64,000 nucleotides of DNA from Pseudomonadota bacterium (GCA_049324475.1 JBMOOO010000001.1:116223-180222), one strand, 5' to 3'; shown: positions 17,842 to 28,534, counted from the first letter of the stretch. Numbers and translations: made by a program. Notes: generated by a model from the letters alone, not told the origin.

Positions 17842-18948
17842 TCACGGCGCCGGCGTTGCTGCCGCTACGTATCCGCAGGGTTCCAGCAGCCGCTGCCAGG
17901 CGCGGGCATGGCGGCGCACCGAGGCGTCGTAGTCGTGCACCAGCGCGCCCGGCACGCCGGCCCAGACATTGAGGCGGTACTGCACGAGCACGGGTGGCGG
18001 TGTGGTCTGCTGGGCCTGCCACAGCCGTTCCAGCGCCAGTGCCAGCTGATCGGCCGTACGTCCGGTCTCGCCCAGCCAGGGTTGCAGTCGCTGCACGTAA
18101 ACGCCGTCGTACACGCTCTTCAGCCGCAGGGCCTGCTGCCCGGGCTTGCCGCCCGGACACAGGCGCTCCGGGCGCGTTTCCTCAAGCGCACTGCTGGCGC
18201 GGTCCAGTTCCCGGCTGGCGAGATCCAGGCTCAGCCAGGTGCGTCCGCCCAGCTTGTTGCCGACCAGGCGGTAGTAATGCTGTTCCAGCGCATCGGAAGC
18301 GGGCAGTGGCGTTTCCGGGCCGAGCCTGCCCACGCCGGCCAGTGCAGTCAGCGCCGCTGCCGCCAGCCCGGCGGCATCGCCGTCGCCGGGCCGCAATGGC
18401 AGGGCACTGACGCTGAAGAATTCGCGGAATTCCGGCGCGGCAAACGTCGCGTTCCAGTACACCTGCGGCAACTCGCGTTCCTGCTGCGCCAGCACGTCGC
18501 GGACCGTGCCGGCAAAAACGCGCCGGGCCGTATCGTCGCCGGCCAGATCGCCGGCCGTGAGGTGTGCGCACTGCCGCAACCCGCGCAGCAGGCGCAGCTC
18601 GTACAGCAGCCGTTGCGGGGGCGCCTGGGTGCGCCCCGGGCCGCCGTTGCGCTCGCTGATTTCCTGCAGCAGGCCGCAACGGCCGAAGTCGCGGAAGGCG
18701 AATTCACCGGCCGGCAGGCCGGGCGGTTCCTGTACCAGATCGCGCGCGGCCGGCCAGGTCGGCACCCGGGTGGCGGCGGCCGGCGGCAGGGCCGTTTCCA
18801 GGGCGCGGCTCAGGCGGGCGTTGTAGTCGGCGAAGTTCTCCGCCGGATCATTGCGCTGCGAGCAACCGGCCGGCACGAGTGACAGCCCGGCCACCATGAG
18901 CAGGGTGGCGGGAAAGGTGAGCGTATGGAGCGGCAGCAGGCGTGTCAT
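17842..18948 (-). CDS. Lipoprotein, DUF3080-like
   Basis: Lipobox LVPAGC. The pattern YNARLSRALE...CGLLQEISERN...QRLLYELRLLRGLRQC resembles DUF3080 proteins, recalled from memory. Confidence 0.6.
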   Translation of the reverse strand: MTRLLPLHTLTFPATLLMVAGLSLVPAGCSQRNDPAENFADYNARLSRALETALPPAAATRVPTWPAARDLVQEPPGLPAGEFAFRDFGRCGLLQEISERNGGPGRTQAPPQRLLYELRLLRGLRQCAHLTAGDLAGDDTARRVFAGTVRDVLAQQERELPQVYWNATFAAPEFREFFSVSALPLRPGDGDAAGLAAAALTALAGVGRLGPETPLPASDALEQHYYRLVGNKLGGRTWLSLDLASRELDRASSALEETRPERLCPGGKPGQQALRLKSVYDGVYVQRLQPWLGETGRTADQLALALERLWQAQQTTPPPVLVQYRLNVWAGVPGALVHDYDASVRRHARAWQRLLEPCGYVAAATPAP

Positions 18949-19061
18949 GAACAGACACTAGCACGCGTTTCCCGCAGGGTTGTCCGCTCTGCCGGGGGTG
19001 TCCTTGACACTCCGGCGGGCGGCTCGCACAGTCTTCCGGTCAAACGCGGGGAGCACGGTCA

Positions 19062-19724
19062 ATGCGCGGTTTTCTGGCACTGGTGATCTGGGCACTGTCC
19101 GCGGCTGCACCGGCCGCCGATCTGCAGGCCACGCTCGACGGCCACCTGCGCGAGGCCGTCGGCTACTGGCTGGACGAGCCCCGCCTGCTGGAGCTGCTGC
19201 GCGACGCCAGCCGGAAGAGCGCCGAGCTCACCGGCGAGGAGATTGCCGGCATGGCGCAGCGCTGGCAGGCGGAAATGGCCGGCGCGGAAATGACCGGTGA
19301 GGGCGGCGAGCTGTCCGATGTGGTGGCCTCGCGTTTCGGTTCGAAATACCTTGCCGAAGTGGCGCTGCGGCTGGATGGCGCCTACGGCACGATCCTGGCG
19401 CTGGACAACCGCGGTCTGGTTGCGGCCGCCAGCGAGCTTCCCGAACAGATGGACCTGGCCGGCGACGTCTGCGTGAGCCGTCTGCTGACGCATGCCAATG
19501 CGGCCTGGGTGCAGGACCGCAAGCCGGCGGAAGGCCGCTATACGCGGGTAGCCATGCCGGTGCGCGGCGAGAGTGGCGAGCGTATCGGCATGCTGCTGAT
19601 CGACATCGACGTGGCCCGTCTGCCGGACGCCGGACTCGACGGCGACCAGACGCGCATGCGCAGTGCCGGCATGCTGTCGTCGGCGCGCGACGACGCGGCC
19701 CAGCACGAAGCACTGACGCGCTGA
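19062..19724 (+). CDS. Secreted protein of unknown function (possible periplasmic PDC/Cache-like fold)
   Basis: Signal peptide MRGFLALVIWALSAAAPAA. No motif I can name. GC3-rich codon usage is consistent with coding. Confidence 0.55.
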   Translation: MRGFLALVIWALSAAAPAADLQATLDGHLREAVGYWLDEPRLLELLRDASRKSAELTGEEIAGMAQRWQAEMAGAEMTGEGGELSDVVASRFGSKYLAEVALRLDGAYGTILALDNRGLVAAASELPEQMDLAGDVCVSRLLTHANAAWVQDRKPAEGRYTRVAMPVRGESGERIGMLLIDIDVARLPDAGLDGDQTRMRSAGMLSSARDDAAQHEALTR

Positions 19725-20438
19725 TCAGGCGCCCAGATAGGTTTCCCGCACCCGCGGATCGTGCAACAGCTCGCCGGCCGGGCCGGATTGCACGATCTCG
19801 CCGTGGTCCATCACATATCCCTGCGACGCCAGTGACAGGGCCGCCTGGGCGTTCTGCTCGACCAGCAGGATGGTGACGCCGGCGTCGGCCACCTGTTTCA
19901 CCACCGAAAAGATCGTCTGCACCATCAGCGGTGCCAGCCCCATGCTGGGTTCGTCCAGCAACAGCAGGCGCGGGCGTGCCATCAGCGCGCGCGCCATCGC
20001 CACCATCTGCTGCTCGCCGCCGGACAGGGTGCCGGCCAGCTGTGCGTGGCGTTCGGCCAGGCGCGGAAAGCGTTGGTATTGCTGCGCCAGATCACTGCGG
20101 ATGCCGGCGCGGTCGTGACGGTGGAAGGCGCCCATCTGCAGGTTTTCCTCGACGGTCAGCCGCGGGAAGATGCCGCGCCCTTCCGGCACCAGCACCAGCC
20201 CGCGTTCGACCCGGCGATGTGCCGGCATCCGGTCGATGCGTTCGCCGTCGAACAGGATCTCGCCGCGGCGCACCGGCAGCAGGCCGGCCAGTGCGTTGAG
20301 TGTGGTGCTCTTGCCGGCGCCGTTGCAGCCGATCAGCGACACCAGTTCGCCGGGCGCCAGTGTGAGCGAAACCTCGCGTACGGCCTCGATGGCGCCATAG
20401 GCGACGGCCAGCTGCCGCACTTCCAGCAGCGTACTCAC
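19725..20438 (-). CDS. livF: Branched-chain amino-acid ABC transporter ATP-binding protein LivF
   Basis: GTG start at 20438 with GGAG upstream and a GTGA overlap with livG. Walker A GCNGAGKST, signature LSGGEQQM, Walker B LLLLDEPS. Confidence 0.9.
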   Translation of the reverse strand: MSTLLEVRQLAVAYGAIEAVREVSLTLAPGELVSLIGCNGAGKSTTLNALAGLLPVRRGEILFDGERIDRMPAHRRVERGLVLVPEGRGIFPRLTVEENLQMGAFHRHDRAGIRSDLAQQYQRFPRLAERHAQLAGTLSGGEQQMVAMARALMARPRLLLLDEPSMGLAPLMVQTIFSVVKQVADAGVTILLVEQNAQAALSLASQGYVMDHGEIVQSGPAGELLHDPRVRETYLGA

Positions 20439-21241
20439 GGTGTGGCTCCGGCCGGCAGGCCGCGGTCGAGGTTGCCGTCGGCGGCAATGCCCAGGTAGGC
20501 CTCGATCACGCGCGGATCCAGCCGCACGTCGGCCGGCACGCCTTCGGCGATCTTCTCGCCGTAGTCGAGCACGGCCACGCGATCGCACAGGCCCATCACC
20601 AGTTTCATGTCGTGCTCGATCAGCAGCACGGTGATGCCGTCGTTGCGGATCTGCAGGAACAGTTCGCGCAGACGTGCGGTTTCGCTCGGGTTCATGCCTG
20701 CGGCCGGTTCGTCCAGCGCCAGCAGCTTCGGATCGGTGGCCAGCGCCCGGGCGATCTCCAGCCGGCGCTGGTTGCCGTAGGAAAGGTGCGACGCCAGCCG
20801 CTCGCCCTGGCCTTCCAGGCCGACGTATTCGAGCAGCGTTTCTGCGCGCGCGCGGATCGCGGCTTCCTCGGCCCGGGTGCGTGCGCCGCGCCAGATGGCA
20901 CCGAGCACGCCGACATGCGTGCGTGCATGGCGGCCGACCATGATGTTTTCCAGCGCGGTCATGTTGCCGAACAGGCGTATGTTCTGGAACGTGCGCGCGA
21001 TGCCGTGCTCCACCACTTGGTGCGGCGGCCGGTTGAACAGATCCTGGCCGGCGAACTCCAGCATGCCCTGGTCGGCGGTGTAGAGGCCGGTCAGCACGTT
21101 GAACAGTGTGGTCTTGCCGGCGCCGTTCGGCCCGATCAGGCCGTAGATCTCGCCGGCATGGATGCGCAGCGAAACGTCTTTCAGCGCCGTGATGCCGCCG
21201 AAGCGCTTGCCGAGATTGCGGGCCACCAGCAGTTCAGTCAC
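20435..21241 (-). CDS. livG: Branched-chain amino-acid ABC transporter ATP-binding protein LivG
   Basis: GTG start at 21241 with an 8-nt overlap with livM. Walker A GPNGAGKTT, signature LSYGNQRRLEIA, Walker B LLALDEPA. Confidence 0.9.
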   Translation of the reverse strand: MTELLVARNLGKRFGGITALKDVSLRIHAGEIYGLIGPNGAGKTTLFNVLTGLYTADQGMLEFAGQDLFNRPPHQVVEHGIARTFQNIRLFGNMTALENIMVGRHARTHVGVLGAIWRGARTRAEEAAIRARAETLLEYVGLEGQGERLASHLSYGNQRRLEIARALATDPKLLALDEPAAGMNPSETARLRELFLQIRNDGITVLLIEHDMKLVMGLCDRVAVLDYGEKIAEGVPADVRLDPRVIEAYLGIAADGNLDRGLPAGATP

Positions 21242-22307
21242 GGCCGGCGCCCTCCGGCGATTCCCGGCCGTGTGCATGCCGCGGCAGGATGCCCTGCGGC
21301 CGGAACAGCATCATCAGCACCAGTGCCAGCCCGAACAGCAGCATGCGCAGGTTTTCCGGATCGATCACCACTTCACCGAACAGGCCGCGCTGCAGCGGGT
21401 TCACGGTGTCGCGCAGCAGCTCCGGCGTGACGGTCAGCAGCACCGCACCCAGCACGACACCGGCGATGTTGCCCATGCCGCCCAGCACCACCATGCAGAC
21501 GATCATCACCGATTCCATCAGCACGAAGCTTTCCGGGCTCACGAAGCCCTGGAAGCCGGCGAACAGTCCACCCGCGATTCCACCGAAAGTCGCGCCCATG
21601 GCGAAGGCGAGCAGCTTGACGTTGCGGGTATTGATGCCGGTGGCGCGCGCGGCTAGCTCGTCTTCGCGCACCGCCATCCAGGCGCGGCCGATGCGCGAAT
21701 TCTCCAGCCGCAGGCAGACGAACATCACCAGTGCCGCCAGTGCGAGGAACAGGTAATAGTGCAGGTGTGCGGAGGTCAGTTTCAGGCCGGCCACGTACAG
21801 CGGCTGGTCCAGCGAGAACAGACCGACCGACACCGGATCGATGCGGTCCAGGCCCTGCGGGCCGTTGGTGATGTTCACCGGGCGATCGAGGTTGTTGAGG
21901 AACAGGCGCACGATCTCGCCGAAGCCGAGCGTGACGATCGCCAGGTAATCGCCGCGCAGACGCAGCGTCGGTGCGCCGAGTGCGACGCCGAACAGGCAGG
22001 CGAGCGCGGCACCGATGGGCAGGATCGCCCAGAACGGCAGGTGCAGGCCGAACTGCGGTGACGCGAGCAGCGCCCAGGTGTAGGCGCCGACCGCGTAGAA
22101 GGCGATGTAGCCGAGGTCGAGCAGGCCGGCATAGCCGACCACGATGTTCAGGCCCAGTGCCAGCATGATGTACAGCAGTGCGAAATCCAGCGTGCGCACC
22201 CAGGCGCCGCCGAGCGTCAGGCCGGTCACGACCGGCAACAGCAGCAGCGCGACGATCACCAGTGCATAGCCGGCCCGGGCCTTCGCGGGCAGAGGGATCG
22301 TCTTCAT
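21234..22307 (-). CDS. livM: Branched-chain amino-acid ABC transporter permease LivM
   Basis: ATG at 22307 (MKTIPLPAK). Multi-TM permease with a LivM-type GYAGLLDLGYIAFYAVGAY motif. Confidence 0.9.
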   Translation of the reverse strand: MKTIPLPAKARAGYALVIVALLLLPVVTGLTLGGAWVRTLDFALLYIMLALGLNIVVGYAGLLDLGYIAFYAVGAYTWALLASPQFGLHLPFWAILPIGAALACLFGVALGAPTLRLRGDYLAIVTLGFGEIVRLFLNNLDRPVNITNGPQGLDRIDPVSVGLFSLDQPLYVAGLKLTSAHLHYYLFLALAALVMFVCLRLENSRIGRAWMAVREDELAARATGINTRNVKLLAFAMGATFGGIAGGLFAGFQGFVSPESFVLMESVMIVCMVVLGGMGNIAGVVLGAVLLTVTPELLRDTVNPLQRGLFGEVVIDPENLRMLLFGLALVLMMLFRPQGILPRHAHGRESPEGAGRD

Positions 22308-22332
22308 GTTCCTGTGTCCGTGCTGCGCTTTT

Positions 22333-23262
22333 TCACGCCCGCTCCGCAACGCGTTCGCCGAGCAGGCCGGACGGCCGGAATACCAGCACGCCGATCAGCA
22401 CCAGGAAGGCGAAGATGTCCTGGTAGTTGCTGCCGAGCACGCCACCGGTGAGATCGCCGATGTAGCCGGCACCCAGGCTTTCGATCACGCCCAGCAGCAG
22501 GCCGCCAAGCACGGCGCCGCCGAGGTTGCCGATGCCGCCGAGCACAGCGGCGGTAAATGCCTTCAGGCCGAGCATGAAACCCATGTAGGGGTCGGCCTGG
22601 CCGTAATTGGCGCTGACCATCACACCGGCGACGGCCCCCAGTACCGAACCGATCACGAAAGTCGACGCGATGATGCGGTCGGTATCGACACCCATCAGGC
22701 GTGCCGCCGCCGGGTTCTGCGAGGTTGCGCGCATCGCACGGCCGAGTTTCGTGCGCTCGACCAGCAGCCACAGGCCGATCATCAGCACGACCGACATGAT
22801 CACCACCGCGATCTTCACCACGGTGAGGTGTGCGCCGAAGATCACGAAGCTGTCCTGTGGCAGCAAGGCCGGGAACGGCTGGTAGCCGCGCCCCCAGAAA
22901 ATCATGGCGAGGTTCTGCAGCACGATCGACACGCCGATGGCGGTGATCAGCGGCGCCAGTCGCGGCGCATTGCGCAGCCGCCGGTAGGCTACGCGCTCGA
23001 TGCCCCAGCCGAGTGCGGCACACACGGGCACGGCCACCAGCAGGCCGCCCAGCACGAACACCGCGCCGGGCAGGTCGACGCCGCTGCCGGCCAGTATGGC
23101 AATCACCGAGATCGCCACCATGGCGCCGATCATCACCACTTCGCCATGCGCGAAATTGATCAGCCCCATGATGCCGTACACCATGGTGTAGCCGAGGGCG
23201 ATGAGCGCGTAGATGCTGCCGAGTATCAGACCGTTGGCGATCTGCTGGGCGAAAATATCCAT
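22333..23262 (-). CDS. livH: Branched-chain amino-acid ABC transporter permease LivH
   Basis: ATG at 23262 (MDIFAQQIANGLILGSIYALIALGYTMVYG), a canonical LivH N-terminus. Confidence 0.9.
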   Translation of the reverse strand: MDIFAQQIANGLILGSIYALIALGYTMVYGIMGLINFAHGEVVMIGAMVAISVIAILAGSGVDLPGAVFVLGGLLVAVPVCAALGWGIERVAYRRLRNAPRLAPLITAIGVSIVLQNLAMIFWGRGYQPFPALLPQDSFVIFGAHLTVVKIAVVIMSVVLMIGLWLLVERTKLGRAMRATSQNPAAARLMGVDTDRIIASTFVIGSVLGAVAGVMVSANYGQADPYMGFMLGLKAFTAAVLGGIGNLGGAVLGGLLLGVIESLGAGYIGDLTGGVLGSNYQDIFAFLVLIGVLVFRPSGLLGERVAERA

Positions 23263-23302
23263 GCGACGGCGCGACGCGTGCTTGCGTGGAAACGCGCTGC
23301 GC

Positions 23303-24535
23303 TTACGGAGTCGCTCCTGCAGCCGGTGCCGTGGCAGGTGCCGCGGCCACCTCGGCTTCGCCGCCAATGGTCTTCACCGTGACCCACTCGCCGTTGGTGA
23401 CGCGATAGAGCGTGACGGCGCCGCTGACGATGTCGCCTTTCTCGTCGAAGCGGATGGTGCCGGTGACGCCGGGATACTCGATGCCCGCCAGTGCCGGCAG
23501 GTATTTCGCCGGATCGGTGGAGCCGGCTTTCTGCATGGCCAGTGCCACCACTTTCATGGCGTCGTAGGCGTACGGTGCGTACATCTGGATCTGGCCGTAC
23601 TTCTCCGTGAAGGTCTTCGTGAAGGCCGGGCCGCCCGGCATCTTCTCGAACGGCACGCCCGGCAGCGAGGCGATGGTGCCCTCGGCATCGGCGCCGGCCA
23701 GCGTACGGAACTCGTCGGCGCGGGTGCCGTCGCCGCCGAGGAACTGCGCCTTCAGGCCCAGCGAACGCATCTGTTTCACCATCGGGCCGGCCTGCGGTGC
23801 CATGCCGCCGAAGAACACCAGCTCCGGCTTCGTGCCCTTGATCTTGGTCAGGATGGCGGAGAACTCGGTCGACTTGTCGGTGGTGTATTCGCGGGCGACC
23901 ACGGTGGCGCCGTTGGCGGCCACGTACTTCTCGAACTCGTCGGCCAGACCCTGGCCGTAGGCCGTGCGGTCATCGACGATGGCAACCTTCTTCACGTTCA
24001 GGTCGTGCACGGCGTAGTCGCCGAGCGCCTTGCCCTGTTGCGCGTCGTTGGCCATCACGCGGAAGGCGGTCTTGTAGCCCTGGGCCGTGTACTTGATGGC
24101 AGTGGCGGATGGCGATACCTGCACCAGACCGGCGTCGGCATACACCTTGGAGGCGGGAATCGAGGCGCCGGAGTTGAGGTGGCCGATCACCGCGTTCACC
24201 TTGTTGTCGACGAAACGCTGGGCGACGGTGGTGGCCAGTCGCGGATCGGCCTGGTCATCCTGCGAGTCGAGCTCGAAGGTCACGACCTTGCCGGCAATGG
24301 TGAACTGGCCGGCGTTGAGTTCCTCGATCGCCATGCGCACGCCGTTTTCGTTGTCCTTGCCGATCAGTGCCTGCTGGCCGGTCAACGGCGAGGCCTGGCC
24401 GATCTTCACCACGGTGCTGTCGGTCGCGGCGGCGTCCTGCTGCGGCTCCTTGCCGCAACCGGCAAGGGCGATGCCCAATGCCAGCGGGACTGCCAGCGGG
24501 GCGACGAGGGCAAGCGGGCGGGTGATGTGCTTCAT
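23303..24535 (-). CDS. Branched-chain amino-acid ABC transporter substrate-binding lipoprotein (LivK/LivJ family)
   Basis: ATG at 24535. Lipobox ALAGC. Type I periplasmic binding-protein pattern (VKIGQASPLTG...DDRTAYGQG). Confidence 0.9.
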   Translation of the reverse strand: MKHITRPLALVAPLAVPLALGIALAGCGKEPQQDAAATDSTVVKIGQASPLTGQQALIGKDNENGVRMAIEELNAGQFTIAGKVVTFELDSQDDQADPRLATTVAQRFVDNKVNAVIGHLNSGASIPASKVYADAGLVQVSPSATAIKYTAQGYKTAFRVMANDAQQGKALGDYAVHDLNVKKVAIVDDRTAYGQGLADEFEKYVAANGATVVAREYTTDKSTEFSAILTKIKGTKPELVFFGGMAPQAGPMVKQMRSLGLKAQFLGGDGTRADEFRTLAGADAEGTIASLPGVPFEKMPGGPAFTKTFTEKYGQIQMYAPYAYDAMKVVALAMQKAGSTDPAKYLPALAGIEYPGVTGTIRFDEKGDIVSGAVTLYRVTNGEWVTVKTIGGEAEVAAAPATAPAAGATP

Positions 24536-24599
24536 GGACCTGATTCCCTGGATGGCCGGACGTGACGGCGTGAAATGCCGGCGCCGATTATGCCGCGGA

Positions 24600-25466
24600 T
24601 CAGGCCGGTGGCGACAACCAGCGGAGGGTGTGGCGCCCCCCTCCGTCATTGTTCAGGTGTCGCCACAGCCAGGGCAGCTCGGTGGCCAGCTTTGCGTCCA
24701 GCTGCCAGGGCGGGTTGACCAGCATCATGCCGCTGCCGTTCAGGTGCAGGCGCGCGTCGTCCGGCCACACACAGAGTTCGGCGGCCAGCAGCCCGCGCAC
24801 ACCGGATGCCTGCAGGCGGCGGTGCATGTGCCCGATCGTGGTGCGCTCCTTGATCGGGTACCACAGCGCGACAGTGCCGCCGGGGAAACGCGCGTGCGCG
24901 GCCAGCAACGCGTCGGCGGCCTGTTTCAGTTCTTCCTCCTGCCCTTCGTAGGGTGGATCGATCAGCACCAGACCGCGCTTTTCCTTCGGCGGCAGCAGCG
25001 CGCCCAGGGCTTCCCAGCCGTCGCGCAGATGCACCTGCACCTGCGGATCGTTGCGGAATTCGGCCTTCAGCAGGGCGTTTTCTTCCGGATGCAGTTCACA
25101 GGCGATCAGCCGGTCCTGTGGCCGCATGGCCATGCGCGCGATCCGCGGTGAGCCCGGGTAGGCGACCAGCGCGTCGCCGCCGCTGCGTTCGTGATTGAAG
25201 GCACGCACCTGTTTCAGCCAGCGTGCCGTGAGCGGGGGCGGGGTTCCGGTACGCGCCGCATCCCACAGCGCGCCGACGCCCTGCACGAACTCGCCGGTGC
25301 GCGCTGCCTGCCCGGTGGTGAGGTCGTAGCTGCCGCGGCCGGCGTGGCTGTCCAGCACGCAAAAGGCTGCGTCCTTTTTCGCCAGATGGTCGATGATGGC
25401 CAGTTGCACGACGTGCTTGAGCACGTCCGCGAAATTGCCGGCGTGGAAGCCGTGACGGTAGTTCAT
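24600..25466 (-). CDS. rlmJ: 23S rRNA (adenine2030-N6)-methyltransferase RlmJ
   Basis: ATG at 25466. MNYRHGFHAGNFADVLKH is the hallmark RlmJ N-terminus, and the DPPYE catalytic motif is present (LIDPPYEGQEE). Confidence 0.85.
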   Translation of the reverse strand: MNYRHGFHAGNFADVLKHVVQLAIIDHLAKKDAAFCVLDSHAGRGSYDLTTGQAARTGEFVQGVGALWDAARTGTPPPLTARWLKQVRAFNHERSGGDALVAYPGSPRIARMAMRPQDRLIACELHPEENALLKAEFRNDPQVQVHLRDGWEALGALLPPKEKRGLVLIDPPYEGQEEELKQAADALLAAHARFPGGTVALWYPIKERTTIGHMHRRLQASGVRGLLAAELCVWPDDARLHLNGSGMMLVNPPWQLDAKLATELPWLWRHLNNDGGGRHTLRWLSPPA

Positions 25467-25527
25467 GTGATTGCTTTCAGCGACGCAGCCGGTGTTCAGA
25501 AACCGCATTCACCGACGGAGTCGGTGC

Positions 25528-26640
25528 TCAAAAATAAGTGGCTTCCGATCCCTTGGTGTAGACCTGCACGTCGTTCCAGCGGCCGGCACGCACTTTCACG
25601 GCCCAGGCCGGGTCGGCCAGCAGGGCGCGACCGACACTCACCAGATCGAACTCGCCCTTGTTGAAACGCGCGATCAGCGGATCGAGGTCGGTGATCTGCT
25701 GCACCGGTGCACTGGTAGTCATGGTGGCGGTGAACTCGATGTCGAGGCCGATCGAGCCGACCGTGATCACCGGTTTGCCGGTGATCTGTCTGGCCCAGCC
25801 GGCCAGGTTGAGATCGGAGCCGGCGAATTCCGGGAGCCAGTAGCGGCGGGTGCTGCAATGGAAGATGTCGACGCCGGCATCGCGCAGCGGCAACAGGAAG
25901 TCCGCCAGGTCTTCCGGCGTGGGATTGAGGCAGGCGCTGTATTCCTGCTGCTTCCACTGCGACCAGCGCAGGCAGATCGGGAAGTCGTCGCCGACCGCCT
26001 TGCGCACGGCCTCAACGACCTCCAGGGCGAAGCGCATGCGTTTCGTGCGCGAGCCGCCGTATTCGTCCGTGCGTTGATTGGTGGCTTCCCAGAAAAACTG
26101 GTCGATCAGGTAGCCGTGTGCGCCGTGCAGCTCGATGCCGTCGAAGCCGATGTCCCTGGCGTCGCGCGCGCCGCGGGCAAACGCGTCCACGGTGGCGCGG
26201 ATGTCTTCCTTCGTCATTTCATGGCCGACCACGCGGCCGCCGGGTTTGGCGATGCCGCTGGGCGAATAGCCGGGCACTTCCGGTACCGGCGGCGTGCCGG
26301 GCTTGCGCACCGAGCCGACATGCCAGAGCTGGGGAAAGATCTTCCCGCCGGCGGCATGCACCTGTTTCACCACGTTCTGCCAGCCGGCGAGGGCGGCATC
26401 GCCGTGGAAGAACGGGACCTGCGGGTAGCCGTTGGCGGCCGGGTGATCGATGACGGTGCCCTCGGTGATGATCAGCCCGACCTGGTTCTCCGCGCGGCGG
26501 CGGTAATAGGCCGCGACCTCCTCGTTCGGCACGCCGCCGGGCGAGCGCATGCGGGTCATGGGCGCCATGACGAGGCGGTTGTCCAGCTGCAGTTTCGGCG
26601 AGCTGAACGGGGTGAAAAGCGGCTCGATGGAAAGGCTCAT
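25528..26640 (-). CDS. NADH:flavin oxidoreductase, Old Yellow Enzyme family
   Basis: MAPMTRMRS, QLWHVG, GFDGIELHGAHGYLIDQF. TIM-barrel OYE motifs. Confidence 0.9.
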   Translation of the reverse strand: MSLSIEPLFTPFSSPKLQLDNRLVMAPMTRMRSPGGVPNEEVAAYYRRRAENQVGLIITEGTVIDHPAANGYPQVPFFHGDAALAGWQNVVKQVHAAGGKIFPQLWHVGSVRKPGTPPVPEVPGYSPSGIAKPGGRVVGHEMTKEDIRATVDAFARGARDARDIGFDGIELHGAHGYLIDQFFWEATNQRTDEYGGSRTKRMRFALEVVEAVRKAVGDDFPICLRWSQWKQQEYSACLNPTPEDLADFLLPLRDAGVDIFHCSTRRYWLPEFAGSDLNLAGWARQITGKPVITVGSIGLDIEFTATMTTSAPVQQITDLDPLIARFNKGEFDLVSVGRALLADPAWAVKVRAGRWNDVQVYTKGSEATYF

Positions 26641-26867
26641 GAGAGATATCCGTTGTTCAGTGATCGTGGTGATGCCGATATGCGGCCATGCCGGAAACGT
26701 CCGAGCGAGCGGCGACTGGGCCAGGATGGCGAATCGACGCGACCCGTCCGTGTGCGTGCCTGCACGAGGTTACGGTCCGCGCGTGGCGCGAACCGACGCA
26801 GCGACCGTGCGCCAGCGACGTTACCGGCAATGGCTGCAGGTGGACAGCGGGGTGTTGTACAACGGGA

Positions 26868-28310
26868 TCAACCACAACCCGCCGCCTTCGGCAGCTCGCG
26901 CGGCGCGACTTCGCGCATCAGCAGGCCGTGTTCGAAGTCCGAATCGCGCAGGCTTTCCGGCAGCGGGATGCGCACCGTCCAGCCGTCGCCGGGCGCCACG
27001 TCCACGCGTGCACCGTCCTTTGCGTTCTCAAGGTGGTCCAGCGTCAGCCGCAGGTTGCCCTTCGGGGTCATGATTTCCACGGCATCGCCTTTCGCGAAGC
27101 GGTTCTTCACCTGCACCGTGATCAGCCCGCGTTGCGTGTCGGCGTCGACAATGTCGCCCACGAACTGCTGCGTGCCCGAGCTCGACGTGCCGCCCTCGTA
27201 GTACTGCATCTCTTCCGGCAGGTGCCGGCGGTAGAAGCCCTCGGTGAAGCCGCGGCTGGCCATCTTCTCCAGATCTTCCATCAGGTTCATGTCGAAGGCG
27301 CGGCCGGCGGCGGCGTCGTCGATGGCGCGGCGATACACCTGTGCGGTGCGCGCCACGTAATAGTGCGATTTGGTCCGGCCCTCGATCTTCAGCGAGTGCA
27401 CGCCCATCTTCGTCAGTGCGTTCACGTGCTGCACGGCGCGCAGGTCGCGCGAGTTCATGATGTAGGTGCCGTGCTCGTCCTCGTAGGCCGGCATGTATTC
27501 GCCGGGGCGCTCGTCCTGCTGCAGCAGGTAAACGCGCTGGTACAGCGCGTTTTTATCCCAGGTTTCCCCGGCTTCGCTGGGCGTCCTGTCGGCCGGTGTC
27601 CAGCGGCCGAGGCCGGTGCCGTTGGCAGCGATGGCGGCCTGCTGCACCTGCGGGCGCACGGCAACGATGTCGCCGGTTTCCGTTTCCGCGGCGTCGTGCA
27701 CCTGGTAGGGCCAGCGGCAGGAGTTGGTGCAGGCGCCCTGGTTGGAATCCCGGTGGTTCATGTAGCCGGACAGCAGGCAGCGGCCGGAATAGGCGATGCA
27801 CAGTGCGCCGTGCACGAAGGTTTCCAGTTCCATCTCCGGGACCTTCTCCCGGATGTCGGCGATCTCTTCCAGCCCCAGCTCGCGCGACAGGATCACGCGG
27901 GTGAGGCCCATGCGGTGCCAGAACTTCACCGTCGCCCAGTTGACCGCATTGGCCTGCACCGAGAGGTGCACCGGCAAATGCGGCCAGCGGTCGCGAACCA
28001 TCATGATCAGCCCGGGGTCGGCCATGATCAGTGCGTCCGGCTTCATGTCGACCACCGGCGCCATGTCGCGCTCGAAGGAGCGCAGCTTGTCGTTGTGCGG
28101 CGACAGGTTCACCGCCAGGTAGAACTGCTTGCCCAGGCGATGCGCTTCGGCGATCGCTTCGGCGAGATGTTCCTCGCGGTTGAATTCGTTGTTGCGTACG
28201 CGCAGCGAATAGCGCGGCTGGCCGGCGTAGACGGCGTCCGCCCCGTAGGCGAACGCGTAGCGCATGTGCTTGCGGCTGCCGGCGGGCGACAGCAGTTCAG
28301 GGGCTTGCAT
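26868..28310 (-). CDS. yegQ: U32-family peptidase YegQ/TrhP (tRNA hydroxylation-associated)
   Basis: ATG at 28310. Near-collinear identity to the E. coli YegQ sequence as I recall it: PELLSPAG..MRYAFAYGADAVYAGQPRYSLRVRNNEFN, FVHGALC.AYSGRCLLSGY, EDEHGTYIMNS.DLRA. Confidence 0.9.
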   Translation of the reverse strand: MQAPELLSPAGSRKHMRYAFAYGADAVYAGQPRYSLRVRNNEFNREEHLAEAIAEAHRLGKQFYLAVNLSPHNDKLRSFERDMAPVVDMKPDALIMADPGLIMMVRDRWPHLPVHLSVQANAVNWATVKFWHRMGLTRVILSRELGLEEIADIREKVPEMELETFVHGALCIAYSGRCLLSGYMNHRDSNQGACTNSCRWPYQVHDAAETETGDIVAVRPQVQQAAIAANGTGLGRWTPADRTPSEAGETWDKNALYQRVYLLQQDERPGEYMPAYEDEHGTYIMNSRDLRAVQHVNALTKMGVHSLKIEGRTKSHYYVARTAQVYRRAIDDAAAGRAFDMNLMEDLEKMASRGFTEGFYRRHLPEEMQYYEGGTSSSGTQQFVGDIVDADTQRGLITVQVKNRFAKGDAVEIMTPKGNLRLTLDHLENAKDGARVDVAPGDGWTVRIPLPESLRDSDFEHGLLMREVAPRELPKAAGCG

Positions 28311-28534
28311 GATGATCGGCTCCAGCCACTGATTGCAGGTCAATGGCACAGGGTCGGGGTATGGGATCAAAAACTCGGCGAAACAATGACTTGGCGCGAT
28401 TCTACGGGGTCTGGCTTGATTGTGCTGGGGGTACTTCAGTTGCTATAAAGGCCCTTCGTTTTCGCTGGCCGCCGCAGGCTGGCAGACCGACCAGTAAACC
28501 CCGGCATCCTGCCGGGAGCCATCGGGGTAAATGC